From assembly GCA_965207265.1 (NCBI GenBank), contig OZ242279.1, positions 4,174,145 to 4,238,144 on the forward strand: a stretch of 64,000 nt of DNA. The letters are read 5' to 3'. Shown here in pieces: positions 9,640 to 21,101 of the stretch (positions are counted from its first letter, which is position 1; each line of letters begins with the position of its first letter). The notes beneath the pieces are model-generated. The model was not told the DNA's origin. It was given only the letters and a program-made list of their open reading frames with translations, and did not search any database. Position numbers and translations under genes: made by a program. This DNA comes from Vicinamibacterales bacterium. Lineage in GTDB: Bacteria; Acidobacteriota; Vicinamibacteria; Vicinamibacterales; UBA8438.

Positions 9640-10864
9640 TGTCCGGGTTCTCGATGTCCTGCTCCATGGTGAGCCCGTCGGCACGCTCACCCATATCGAC
9701 GGCGAGCGGACGATCTTCGGCTTCGCAGATGCCTATGTTGGGAACGACAGCCGCCCTGCCCTCGGACTCGGCTTCAAGGATCGATTCGGAGAACTGATCA
9801 CCGAATTCAGGCCGACCCGGACGCGTCTGCTGCCCTTCTTTTCGAATCTGCTCCCGGAAGGGCACATGCGCGCCTATCTTGCCGACCGCGCGGGCGTGAA
9901 TCCCGCACGCGAGTTCTTCCTGCTCTGGGTGCTCGGCATGGATCTACCCGGTGCGGTCACGATTCAAGCGGCCGATGGAGGCGCGTGGCCGCCTCTATCT
10001 CACATGCACGCCGACGTGGATGAGAGCGGGAACGATCGCCGCCAACATGCCCTGCGCTTCTCGCTGGCCGGCGTTCAACTGAAGTTCTCGGCGCTGAACG
10101 AGCCGAGGGGAGGACTGACCATCCCGGCCCGGGGCATCGGTGGTTCATGGATAGTCAAGCTTCCGTCGCGCGAATTCGAGGGGCTCCCGGAGAACGAATT
10201 CTCGATGATGACGCTGGCTCGGTTGATCGGAATGGACGCGCCGGCGACACGACTCGTAGACATCGACGCGATCGGAAATCTGCCGGAAGGTGTCAGGGCC
10301 CTCGGCAGAGAAGCGCTCGCCGTCGAGCGCTTCGACCGGCTTCCCGACGGAGCCGCCATTCACATGGAGGACTTCGCGCAATTATTCGGCGTCTATCCCG
10401 AGCAGAAGTACGAGAACGCGAGCGCTCGCAGCATTGCCCGGGTCCTTGGCGTGGAGTGCCAAGACCTCGACATAGCGGAGTTCATCCGTCGCCTGACCTT
10501 CAACGCGCTGATTGGCAATGCCGACATGCACCTGAAGAACTGGTCATTGCTCTACCCCGATCGGCGTCGCGCGGCCCTGGCGCCGGCGTACGACCTGGTT
10601 GCGACGGTTGCCTATATCCCGGACGACACGGCGGCGTTGAAGTTCAGTCGGACCAGGTTGTTCTCCGAGTTCTCGGAGGATGAACTCTCCCATCTCGCCG
10701 CCAAGGCCTTGCTTCCGGAACGGCTGGTTCTCGACACGGCCCGCGAAACCGTCGCGCTGTTTCACCAGCACTGGCGCGCCGAGAAGACGCACCTTCCGAT
10801 GCGAGCCAACGTAGTCCGAGCCGTTGAGGAGCATCTGAAAACGATCCCCTTGGCCGTTTCTTGA
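9632..10864 (+). CDS. hipA: Type II toxin HipA-family serine/threonine kinase
   Basis: This is the in-frame part of track ORF 9473..10864, starting at ATG 9632 (MSDVRVLDVLLHGEPVGTL...). This N-terminal coupling domain, the 'SLAGVQLKFS' block and the catalytic-loop-like 'GNADMHLKNWSLLY' are characteristic of HipA. Confidence 0.85.
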   Translation: MSDVRVLDVLLHGEPVGTLTHIDGERTIFGFADAYVGNDSRPALGLGFKDRFGELITEFRPTRTRLLPFFSNLLPEGHMRAYLADRAGVNPAREFFLLWVLGMDLPGAVTIQAADGGAWPPLSHMHADVDESGNDRRQHALRFSLAGVQLKFSALNEPRGGLTIPARGIGGSWIVKLPSREFEGLPENEFSMMTLARLIGMDAPATRLVDIDAIGNLPEGVRALGREALAVERFDRLPDGAAIHMEDFAQLFGVYPEQKYENASARSIARVLGVECQDLDIAEFIRRLTFNALIGNADMHLKNWSLLYPDRRRAALAPAYDLVATVAYIPDDTAALKFSRTRLFSEFSEDELSHLAAKALLPERLVLDTARETVALFHQHWRAEKTHLPMRANVVRAVEEHLKTIPLAVS

Positions 10865-10873
10865 TCGGAGCAT

Positions 10874-11866
10874 TCAGTCCTTCAGGCAGCCGTTGAACCA
10901 GTCGAGCGCCATCTCGCCCGACTCCTCGAACGCCTCGCGGTAGATGTCGTAGTGCGTGATGTCCGGGATGACGCGATACTCGGCGCGGGCGCCGTTCTCC
11001 CTGGCGCGGGCGACGGCCAGCTCGCCGGCCCGGTGGCGGTCGAAAAGCTCCTCGTGCTCGGCGTCGATGACCAGCAGCGGGATGTCGATGCGGCCGGCGT
11101 CGTCGACCGGACGGTACTCGACGACCTTGTCGAGGTGCGCCCAGCCGTTCAGGTTGGGCGCCTTGTCGGTGCCCTGCGGAAGCGGCGCGATCTCGCCGCG
11201 GGCGCGCCGGATCGCCTGCTCCCGCGCGTACCGCTCGATGTCGATGCCGGTGTCCTTCCACGACGTGCGCGCGAGGTCGAGCGAGTCGGCGGCGGCCACC
11301 TGGCCGACCGCGCACGCGGCCCGCGGCTCGTTGGCGGCGACCCAGATGGCGTGGGCGCCGGAGTAGCTCGATCCCCAGTAGCCCAGCCGGTCTAAATCGA
11401 CGTTGGTCTCGCCTTCCAGGAAATCGAAGGCCCGCCGGATGTCGAGCGTCTGGTCGATGGGATCGACGACGCGCCGGATCTCCCGTGCGAAGACGTGCAC
11501 TTCGCCGTTGACGCCACGCTCCGGCATGTCGCCGATGACCACGAGCTTGCCGTCGCTCTCGCCCCAGCCGCGGTAGTCGAACGCGAGCACCACGAAGCCA
11601 TCGGCAGCGAAGCGAACCGCGTTGCGGGCCAGACCGGCCTTCGTGCCGCCCCAACCGTGGCTCATGACGATGGCGGGTAGCCGGGCGTCGCCCGCCTCGG
11701 CCGGTCGGTAGAGGTCGCCCGCCATGCGCGTGCCTTCGCTCCAGATATCGACGGCCTTGTGCAGCACGCCGTCGGGTAGTGCGGGACGGCGCTGCGCGTC
11801 CGCCGCGGACGGCAGGATCAGCAGGAGCGAGACCGACGACAACAGAACGGTACGCAGGATGCTCAT
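10874..11866 (-). CDS. Exported alpha/beta hydrolase (dienelactone-hydrolase/CocE-like)
   Basis: It has a signal peptide (MSILRTVLLSSVSLLLILPSAADAQ), 'VMSHGWGGTK', 'FDYRGWGESDG' and a nucleophile elbow 'GSSYSG'. Confidence 0.7.
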   Translation of the reverse strand: MSILRTVLLSSVSLLLILPSAADAQRRPALPDGVLHKAVDIWSEGTRMAGDLYRPAEAGDARLPAIVMSHGWGGTKAGLARNAVRFAADGFVVLAFDYRGWGESDGKLVVIGDMPERGVNGEVHVFAREIRRVVDPIDQTLDIRRAFDFLEGETNVDLDRLGYWGSSYSGAHAIWVAANEPRAACAVGQVAAADSLDLARTSWKDTGIDIERYAREQAIRRARGEIAPLPQGTDKAPNLNGWAHLDKVVEYRPVDDAGRIDIPLLVIDAEHEELFDRHRAGELAVARARENGARAEYRVIPDITHYDIYREAFEESGEMALDWFNGCLKD

Positions 11867-11900
11867 GGCAGTCTCCCCGGTTGGATACGCGAGGGTGCGG

Positions 11901-13136
11901 CTACTGCGGTTCGTAACGGTAGACGACGCCGTCCCGCATCACGAAGCGGACCCGCCGCAGCGCGGCGACATCTTCGAGCGGATTGCCCTCGACGGCGACC
12001 AGGTCCGCGGTGAATCCAGGCGCCACGCGGCCGATCTCGTCGCCGAGGCCGAGCGAGCGCGCCGCGCGCGAGGTGGCCGAGACGATGGCGTCCATCGGGT
12101 TCTGGCCGCCCTCGTCGATGCGGACGACCAGCTCCTCGGCGTTGCGGCCGTGCGCGCCGGCGGTGGCGTCGGTCCCGAACACGATCTGCACGTCCCGGTT
12201 GCGGAGGGTCTCGCGGAACCGGCGCATCCCGATGCGGCGGGCCTGGCTCATCCGCGCGAAGCCCTCCGGCGTGTAGTTGCCGATGCCGATGAAGCGCTCG
12301 CGGTTGTCCGCGTAGTTGTCCCAGAGCAGCCCGAGGTGGAAGCCGAGGAAGGTCCCGTGGTCGGCGAACAGGGCGAGGGTCTCGTCGTCGTAGCGGTTAC
12401 CGTGCTCGACCGAGCTGCACCCGGCGCGGATGACCGAGCTGACGACCTCGGAGCCGTAGGCGTGCACCGCGACCCGGAGTCCCTGCGCCCGGCCTTCGCC
12501 GCAGGCCGCCTCGATCTGCTCGTCGCTCAGCGCCCGCACCCCGCCATCGCGGATGCTGCTGGAGGCGAAGACCTTGATCACGTCGGCACCGTCCGCCTTG
12601 AGCTGCCGGACGGCGGCGCGAATGGCGTCCGCGTCGCCGGTGGCGCCGGTCACCGCACGCAGCGAGGTCAGCACGCGGGGACCGGGCACGTCGCCGCGGT
12701 CGATCGCATCCCGCAGGTCGGCGTCGAGCGGGTGGCCGAGGCTTTGCACCGTCGTGAACCCTGCCATCAGGGTGCGGTAGGCGTTACCTACCGCGTGCAG
12801 CATCGTCTGAGCGGGGGTCTCCGTGCTTCCCGCCTGATGCAGCCGGCCGCCGGCCTCGAAGTGCGACGTCAGGTGGACGTGCGTGTCGATCAGGCCGGGC
12901 ATGACCGTGAGCTCGGAGAGGTCGTAGTCCACGGCGCCGCGCAGGCCGTCCACGCGCGTGATCTCCGAGCCGTTCACGAAGAGGCGCGCGTTCGACCGGG
13001 TGTCGCCCGTGCCGTCGATCAGGAGCCCGGCGCGGATGGTGACGGGCGCCTCCTCCTGGGCGAGGCCGATGCCGGTCGCGGCAATCGCGAGCACGACGGC
13101 TGCGAGTAGCGGGCGCATGGCGCGGCGTGGAGGCAT
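11901..13136 (-). CDS. Exported metal-dependent amidohydrolase family protein
   Basis: It has a signal peptide and 'MPGLIDTHVHLTSH' (an HxH metal motif). The later 'VAVHAYG' and 'FGTDA' blocks are typical of the amidohydrolase superfamily. Confidence 0.75.
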   Translation of the reverse strand: MPPRRAMRPLLAAVVLAIAATGIGLAQEEAPVTIRAGLLIDGTGDTRSNARLFVNGSEITRVDGLRGAVDYDLSELTVMPGLIDTHVHLTSHFEAGGRLHQAGSTETPAQTMLHAVGNAYRTLMAGFTTVQSLGHPLDADLRDAIDRGDVPGPRVLTSLRAVTGATGDADAIRAAVRQLKADGADVIKVFASSSIRDGGVRALSDEQIEAACGEGRAQGLRVAVHAYGSEVVSSVIRAGCSSVEHGNRYDDETLALFADHGTFLGFHLGLLWDNYADNRERFIGIGNYTPEGFARMSQARRIGMRRFRETLRNRDVQIVFGTDATAGAHGRNAEELVVRIDEGGQNPMDAIVSATSRAARSLGLGDEIGRVAPGFTADLVAVEGNPLEDVAALRRVRFVMRDGVVYRYEPQ

Positions 13137-13148
13137 GACGGGGTCCTT

Positions 13149-14213
13149 TCAGGATGAGGTGTGCATCTTGCGCGGCGCGCGGTGCGTGACCCGGGTGCGC
13201 TTCTTGTCTTCGAGTCGCGCGAGCTCGTCGCGCCGTCGAACCAGTTGCGCCCGCTCGTCGTCGAGGCGCAGGTAGTGCGTCAGGCGGATCGCGGGCAGGC
13301 GGCCGGCGTCGACGGCTGCGCGGACCGCGCAGCCCGGTTCCTGCCGGTGGAGGCAGTCCCGGAACCGGCAGTCGGCGGCGAGCGCGTCGATCTCGGTGAA
13401 CGCATCCTCGAGAGCGCGGTCGCTGTCCCAGAGCTGCAGCTCGCGCATGCCCGGCGTATCGATGATGATGCCGCCGCCCGGGGCCGCGATCAACTCGCGG
13501 TGGATCGTGGTGTGCCGGCCCCGGCTGTCGGCGGCGCGGACCGCCTGCGTCTTCTGCCGCGCCTCGCCGAGCAGGTGGTTGATGATGGTCGACTTGCCGA
13601 CCCCGGACGAGCCGAGCAGGGCCACCGTCCGGCCCGGTGTCAGATAGACGGCGAGGTCGTCGAGCCCCTGGCCGGACTTGCAGCAGGTCGCGTGGACCGG
13701 GACGTCCGGCGCTGCCGCGCGCACCGTCGCCATGCACGACGCCACGTTCTCTTCGAGGTCGGCCTTGTTCAGCACCACGACCGGCCGCGCCCCGCTGTCG
13801 GCCGCCGCCACCAGGTAGCGTTCGATGCGGCGCGGGCTGAAGTCGCCGTCGAGCCCGGCCACCACCAGCACGACGTCGATGTTGGCGGCCACCACCTGCT
13901 TCGCGGTCGGGTCGCCGGCGGCCTTGCGGGCGAAGCTGCTCCGGCGGGGCAGGATGGCGCGAATGGTGCCCGCGCCATCGTGGCGGTTGACGGTGACCGC
14001 CACCCAGTCGCCCACCGCCGGGAGGTCGTCCTGACCGGCCGCCCGGTGCCGGAGCCGCCCGGCCGCCTGGGCCACCAGCTCGCCCCCGGAGGTAAGCACG
14101 CGATAGAAGTGGTTGTGCTCGATCCCGACCCGCGCCGGGACGAGGCCGCCGTCTCCGAGCGCATCGAAGGCCGCCGCGAAGCCGTCGTCCCAGCCCATCT
14201 CTCCGAGTGTCAT
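13149..14213 (-). CDS. rsgA: Ribosome small-subunit-dependent GTPase A
   Basis: It has a circularly permuted GTPase layout ('VLNKADL' before 'GSSGVGKSTIINHLLG') and the C-terminal zinc knuckle 'CRFRDCLHRQEPGCAV'. Confidence 0.85.
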   Translation of the reverse strand: MTLGEMGWDDGFAAAFDALGDGGLVPARVGIEHNHFYRVLTSGGELVAQAAGRLRHRAAGQDDLPAVGDWVAVTVNRHDGAGTIRAILPRRSSFARKAAGDPTAKQVVAANIDVVLVVAGLDGDFSPRRIERYLVAAADSGARPVVVLNKADLEENVASCMATVRAAAPDVPVHATCCKSGQGLDDLAVYLTPGRTVALLGSSGVGKSTIINHLLGEARQKTQAVRAADSRGRHTTIHRELIAAPGGGIIIDTPGMRELQLWDSDRALEDAFTEIDALAADCRFRDCLHRQEPGCAVRAAVDAGRLPAIRLTHYLRLDDERAQLVRRRDELARLEDKKRTRVTHRAPRKMHTSS

Positions 14214-14226
14214 GCGTGTCGCTTTC

Positions 14227-15324
14227 TCATGCGCCGGGCGCCGCGTCCCACAGCAGCGGCTCGCGCGCGTTCTCCGGTTCGGACCGGGGCCGCAGGCCGT
14301 GCACCCCGACGCCGAGCAGCCTGACGGGTCGCCGTCCGGCGTCCGTACGGTCGAGCAGCGCCCGCGCCCGGCGCGTGATGTCCGCCGCGTCGACGGTGGC
14401 GACCGGCCGGGTGTCGCTGCGGGTGACTGTCTTGAAGTCGTGGTAGCGCACCTTGAGGGTCACGGTCCGGGCCGCGACCTCGGCCTGCTGCAGCCAGTCG
14501 GCGGTCCCGGCCGCCATGCGGTCGATCTCCGCGCGAATCCTGTCGATCTCCCGGAGATCCTCGGCGTAGGTGTGCTCGGAGCTGCGCGACTTCCGCTCGC
14601 GGTCGCTGACCACCGGCCGCTCGTCGATCCCCTGCGCGAGCCGCTTCAGCCAGTCCGCCTGGCGTCCGACGAGGCCGTGCAGGGTCTCGTCGTCGACGGT
14701 CCGGACATCGACGAGCTGCTCGATTCCGGCCGCCCGCAGCCGCCGCGCGGTCACCGGTCCGACGCCCCACAGGGCGTCGACCGCCAGCTTCTGCAGGAAG
14801 CTCTCCATCCTCTCCGGGGCCACCACCGTCAGTCCGTCGGGCTTGCGCCAGGCAGAGGCAATCTTGGCCAGGAACTTGTTCGGGGCGGCGCCGGCCGAGG
14901 CGGTCAGACCGGTCTCTTCCAGGATGCGCGCCTTGAGACGCTTCGCGACGGTGGTGGCGAGCGGCTCTCCCCAGGCGTTCTCCGTTACGTCGAGGTAGGC
15001 CTCGTCGAGCGACAGCGGCTCGACGGCCGGCGTGACCGAACGGAAGAGGTCGAACACCTGCTGCGAGACCGCGCGGTACTTGTGGAAGTCGGGGGGCACG
15101 ATCTTCAGCTCCGGGCAGAGCCGCACCGCCTTGGCCATCGACAGCGCCGAGCGCACCCCGAACTCGCGCGCCTCGTAGCTTGCCGCGGCCACCACGCCGC
15201 GGCCCTCGGGACGGCCGCCGACCGCCACCGGCAACCCGCGCAACTCGGGCCGGTCGCGCTGCTCGACCGACGCGTAGAACGCGTCCATGTCGACGTGGAT
15301 GATCCGGCGCGCGGGCAGGGTCAC
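14227..15324 (-). CDS. dinB: DNA polymerase IV (Y-family)
   Basis: It has the 'IIHVDMDAFYASVEQRDRPELRGLPVAVGG' N-terminus and 'SLDEAYLDVT'. The 365-aa length fits. Confidence 0.9.
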   Translation of the reverse strand: MTLPARRIIHVDMDAFYASVEQRDRPELRGLPVAVGGRPEGRGVVAAASYEAREFGVRSALSMAKAVRLCPELKIVPPDFHKYRAVSQQVFDLFRSVTPAVEPLSLDEAYLDVTENAWGEPLATTVAKRLKARILEETGLTASAGAAPNKFLAKIASAWRKPDGLTVVAPERMESFLQKLAVDALWGVGPVTARRLRAAGIEQLVDVRTVDDETLHGLVGRQADWLKRLAQGIDERPVVSDRERKSRSSEHTYAEDLREIDRIRAEIDRMAAGTADWLQQAEVAARTVTLKVRYHDFKTVTRSDTRPVATVDAADITRRARALLDRTDAGRRPVRLLGVGVHGLRPRSEPENAREPLLWDAAPGA

Positions 15325-15351
15325 GGCGGAAGTCTACTACCATGGAAGGCC

Positions 15352-17256
<1,905 letters not shown>

Positions 17257-17299
17257 GCGGACGGTGGAGCATGCCGTTGCGCCGCCACAGGTCAGAGGG

Positions 17300-18952
17300 T
17301 CAGGGCCGGTCGCTGGTGCCTGCGGCGGCCGGGACGTCGCGCAGGCGTTCCTGCACGGTGCCGGGAATGCCGAGCTTCGTGTCGGCGCCGAGCTCGGCCA
17401 GCAGGGCGGCCGTTTCCGGCCAGCTCTGGAACTGGAACGACTGCTTCGAGCCCTCGGCCATCCGGTAGGCGGTGCGCCCGCGGAAGTCCCGCGCGTCGAT
17501 GTCGGCGCCGTGCGCGACGAGGTACTCCACCACCTCGTTCAGGCCGCGAAACGCGGCGCCGTGGAGCGCCGTGAAGTCGGCCTCGTTCACCGCGTTGACG
17601 TCGGCGCCTCCCTCCACCAGAATCCGCACCGCTTCTTCGGCCATCGGGGACCGGGTGCCGCGCGGTACGCGCGGCGTGTAGGTGGCCCGGCCGAGGCCCG
17701 CCGCGGCCATGAGCGGCGTCGTGCCGTCGTCGGTCGTCAGGTGCTGATTCGCTCCTGCCGCCAGCAGGGTACGGAGGATCACAGCCGAGCTCGAGGTGTA
17801 GGCCGCACCGTAGTTGAACACGCGTCCCGAGCCGTTCATGTCCGTCGCCGCGACCCACAGGGGCGTGGCCCCGCGCAGGTCGCCGGTGCCGGGGGAGAAG
17901 GGCTCGAACGCGCCCTTCTTCGGGTAGCCGACGTAGAACGAGAACATCGCCGAGCTCGTGATCCGTGCGTTCGGGTCGGCGCCTCCGGCGAGCAGCGCCT
18001 CGACGAGCGCCAGCCGGCGCGGGCCGTCGGTCTCGCCACCGAGCCGCCGATAGGGACGATAGTCCCCTTGCCGCAGGTACCAGTCGCGCAGCCACATCTC
18101 GACGGTGCCCGCCGCTGCGTGCAGCGCGCTGACGCCGCCCAGCGTGCCGTTCGGATCCGCCCCCTCGTCGAGCAGGAACAGCGCGAAGGCATCCTCGCCG
18201 CGGACGATGGCGTACGGCAGGACGTGCGTGCCGTCGGCGCTCGGCGCGTTGACGTCGACGCCGGCCGCCAGGAGCGTCCGGGCCGTCCCGATGTCTCCGT
18301 TGCGCGCCGCGAGCATCAGCGGCGTGAAGCCCTTCGCGGTCGAGACCGTCGGGTCGGCGCCGGCGTCGATCAGGATGCGCACCACTTCCGGATGCGGTCT
18401 CGCCACCGCCCACATCAGCGCCGTGCTCCCGTTCCGGGTCACCGCGGCGTCGATGTCCGCCCCTTGCGCGATGAGTGCGCGGACCACGCCGGCGTGACCG
18501 GTTCGGGCGGCCGTCATCAGCGGGGCGAGGCCGCTGGCCTCCGCGGCGTTGACGTCGGCGCCGGCCGCGAGCAGCGTCTCGACCATCGAGAGGCTCGTGT
18601 TCTCGACCGCGCGCGCCAGCGGCGTCACACCGTGGTCGTCGCTTGCATTCGCGTCGGCGCCGGCCGCGAGCAGACGTTCCGCCAACTCCAGGTCGTCCCA
18701 GTGGGCGGCAAAGAGGAGCGCGGTCGCGCCGTCGGCCCGAGCCGCGTTGACGTCGACGCCCTCGGAAAGAAGGGCGCGCACCGCCTCGCGGTCCTGGTTC
18801 GCGGCGGCGGTCACGAGGCGGAGGCCGTCGTCGGCCGTCGTCGTCACGCCGGCGGTGCAGATCGCGAGGAGGAGACCGAGTCCATAGCGTGTGAGACGGG
18901 CCGCGACGCGCATACACATCGAGTATAGTGCACGCCCGAATGCTGGACCCAC
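17300..18952 (-). CDS. Exported ankyrin-repeat protein (paralog 1 of 3)
   Basis: It has a hydrophobic leader (RLTRYGLGLLLAICTAG) and more than 10 repeats of the 'G-TPL--A---G----V--LL--GAD-N' type. The start is GTG at 18952 or an internal Met at about 18913. Confidence 0.8.
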   Translation of the reverse strand: MGPAFGRALYSMCMRVAARLTRYGLGLLLAICTAGVTTTADDGLRLVTAAANQDREAVRALLSEGVDVNAARADGATALLFAAHWDDLELAERLLAAGADANASDDHGVTPLARAVENTSLSMVETLLAAGADVNAAEASGLAPLMTAARTGHAGVVRALIAQGADIDAAVTRNGSTALMWAVARPHPEVVRILIDAGADPTVSTAKGFTPLMLAARNGDIGTARTLLAAGVDVNAPSADGTHVLPYAIVRGEDAFALFLLDEGADPNGTLGGVSALHAAAGTVEMWLRDWYLRQGDYRPYRRLGGETDGPRRLALVEALLAGGADPNARITSSAMFSFYVGYPKKGAFEPFSPGTGDLRGATPLWVAATDMNGSGRVFNYGAAYTSSSAVILRTLLAAGANQHLTTDDGTTPLMAAAGLGRATYTPRVPRGTRSPMAEEAVRILVEGGADVNAVNEADFTALHGAAFRGLNEVVEYLVAHGADIDARDFRGRTAYRMAEGSKQSFQFQSWPETAALLAELGADTKLGIPGTVQERLRDVPAAAGTSDRP

Positions 18953-18992
18953 ACCGAGATGCTGAGGCCACGGGGCTGAGGCTTGGCCGGCG

Positions 18993-21101
18993 CTACCCCT
19001 CCTGCTCGGTGGCCGGGTTCCCCTCGACCATGAACCGCTCGAACCACAGCCTGAGATAGAGCTGCACGCGCAGGAAGTTGGTCGGCGGCAGGCTGCGGCT
19101 GTGCCAGCCGTCGGTCAGCCGGATCATCCCGGTCGGCACCTTGCGCAGCTTCAGCGCCCGGTAGTACTGCTCGGTCTGCTCCATGGGCGTCCGCAGGTCG
19201 CGCTCGCCGGTCATCAGCAGGGTCGGGGTGGTGACGTTGCCGACGTACATCAGCGTGGAACGCCGCAGGTGCTCCTCGGGGTCTTCCCAGGGAAGCTTCT
19301 CGAAGTTGCGGTACCAGCCCGACCCGTCGGTGGTGCCGACGAAGCTCAGCCAGTTGGTGACCGGCGCCTTGACCACCGCCGCGGTGAAGCGGCCGGTCCG
19401 CCCGACGATCCACGACGTCAGCACGCCCCCGCCGCTGCCGCCGTAGACGAACAGGTTGCGCTCGTCGATGTAGCCGCGCGAGAGCACCTCGTCGACCCCG
19501 GCCATCAGGTCGTCGTAGTCCTTGCCCGGGTAGGCGTTCTTGATCTCGTTGCCGAACACGCTGCCGTAACCGCTGCTGCCGCGCGGGTTCGTGTAGAGCA
19601 CCACGTAGCCGTTCGCCGCGTGATCCTGGTTCTTGAAGTCGAAGCCGGCGTTGTACATCGAATGCGGTCCGCCGTGGATGCGGAGGATGAGCGGGTACTT
19701 CCGGTCCGGATCGAAATCCGGAGGCGTGACGATCCAGCCCTGGATGTCGAGGCCGTCGGGAGACTCGTACCAGACCTCCTCGACCTCGCCCAGGCGGACG
19801 TCGGCGAGCAGCCCGGCGTTGGTCCGGTGCAGCGTGCGCAGCGCGTCGGGAGCTTCCACGTCGAAGGCGACCAGATCGCCGGGGACGTGGTAGCTGGAGA
19901 CGACGCCGACGGCGACGCCGTTCTTGCTGACCGAGGAGACCGAGAGCATGTGGTTGCCGCTGCTGACCGGGCGGACCTCGCCGTCCACCGACGCGAAGTG
20001 GAGGTTGCTCGTTCCCCTGAGCTGCGCGTTCAGGTAGACGCCGCTGCCGTCGGCGGCCCAGCCCACGATGCCGGGGCGCCGGCCCATCTCGGTGGCGATG
20101 ACGCGGGAGCCGGAACCGTCGGCGGCCATCACGTACAGACCCTCTTCGCGGTAGGTGTCCGTCGTGTGGTCCATGCCGGTATAGGCGATGGCGCGGCCGT
20201 CGGGGGAGGGGAAGGCGTTGGCGTCCGGGCCTTCCCGGCCGGTCAGGGCGGTAATCTCGCGGGTCGCCAGGTCCACCCGGTACACCTCGGATTCCCGCCA
20301 GGCGTACTCGGCGTCCGGTTCGCGGAGGCCGGAGAAGACGATGGCGTCGCCGTCGGGCGCGAACCGCGGGTTGTCGTGGTGGAAGTCGCCGCCGGTCACC
20401 TGCCGCGGCGTTCCGCCGTCGGCGCCGACCACGAAGATGTGACGGTGTCCGGCCGGGACGAATCCCGATCCGTCGCGCCGGTAGTTGAGCCGCGTCACGA
20501 TCCGGGCCGGGGCCGTCCACGCTGCGCCGTCCGGCGCCCGGGGCATGTCGATGCTCCACTCCGGGTCCGGAGTGGGAGCGACCACCGCGCGGAAGGCGAG
20601 CGAACCGCTGTCGGGCGCCCACCGGATCTGCGACGGCGGGTTCTCCAGCCGGGTGATCCGGCTTTCTGCGCCCTCGGCGTCCATCCAGCGGACGAAGATC
20701 TGGGCCCCGCCGGACTCGGCGGATCGCGTGAACGCGATGCGGGTTCCGTCGGGCGACCAGCGGGCGCCGCCGCCTTCGGTCAGGAAACGGTTCCGCGAGC
20801 CGTCCGCGCCGATGACCCACAGCTCGGTTCGGATGCGATCGGCCACTGCGTCGACGAAACGCCGCTCGTAGACGACGGTCGCGCCGTCCGGCGAGATCTG
20901 CGGATCGTTGACGGTCTCCCACGAGAGATAGTCCTCGAGCTCCAGGTGGCGTTTGCCGGCGTCCGGGCCGGTCGCGGTGACCGCCGACTGGCCCGTCGCG
21001 GTGGCTGCTGCGAGCAGGAACGCGAGCAGCAGGCAGCCGCCGAGCCGCAGCGTGTCGAAGTGCCGCCGGTGTCCGGGTCGGAGCGTGCTCCGGATGGTCA
21101 T
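18993..21101 (-). CDS. Exported S9 family peptidase (prolyl oligopeptidase/acylaminoacyl peptidase-like)
   Basis: This is the in-frame part of track ORF 18993..21926, starting at ATG 21101 (MTIRSTL...LGGCLLLAFLLAAATATGQ signal). An N-terminal beta-propeller region (WSPDG, FSPDG repeats) is followed by a C-terminal hydrolase with 'YGGSGGG' (GxSxG). Confidence 0.85.
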   Translation of the reverse strand: MTIRSTLRPGHRRHFDTLRLGGCLLLAFLLAAATATGQSAVTATGPDAGKRHLELEDYLSWETVNDPQISPDGATVVYERRFVDAVADRIRTELWVIGADGSRNRFLTEGGGARWSPDGTRIAFTRSAESGGAQIFVRWMDAEGAESRITRLENPPSQIRWAPDSGSLAFRAVVAPTPDPEWSIDMPRAPDGAAWTAPARIVTRLNYRRDGSGFVPAGHRHIFVVGADGGTPRQVTGGDFHHDNPRFAPDGDAIVFSGLREPDAEYAWRESEVYRVDLATREITALTGREGPDANAFPSPDGRAIAYTGMDHTTDTYREEGLYVMAADGSGSRVIATEMGRRPGIVGWAADGSGVYLNAQLRGTSNLHFASVDGEVRPVSSGNHMLSVSSVSKNGVAVGVVSSYHVPGDLVAFDVEAPDALRTLHRTNAGLLADVRLGEVEEVWYESPDGLDIQGWIVTPPDFDPDRKYPLILRIHGGPHSMYNAGFDFKNQDHAANGYVVLYTNPRGSSGYGSVFGNEIKNAYPGKDYDDLMAGVDEVLSRGYIDERNLFVYGGSGGGVLTSWIVGRTGRFTAAVVKAPVTNWLSFVGTTDGSGWYRNFEKLPWEDPEEHLRRSTLMYVGNVTTPTLLMTGERDLRTPMEQTEQYYRALKLRKVPTGMIRLTDGWHSRSLPPTNFLRVQLYLRLWFERFMVEGNPATEQEG

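Noticed and set aside
14113-15351. A 413-codon N-terminal extension of the ABC-exporter ORF.
   Set aside because: It is antisense to the well-supported dinB and rsgA 5' regions and has an Arg/Gly/Pro-rich composition. A good ATG at 15352 precedes the first TM region.
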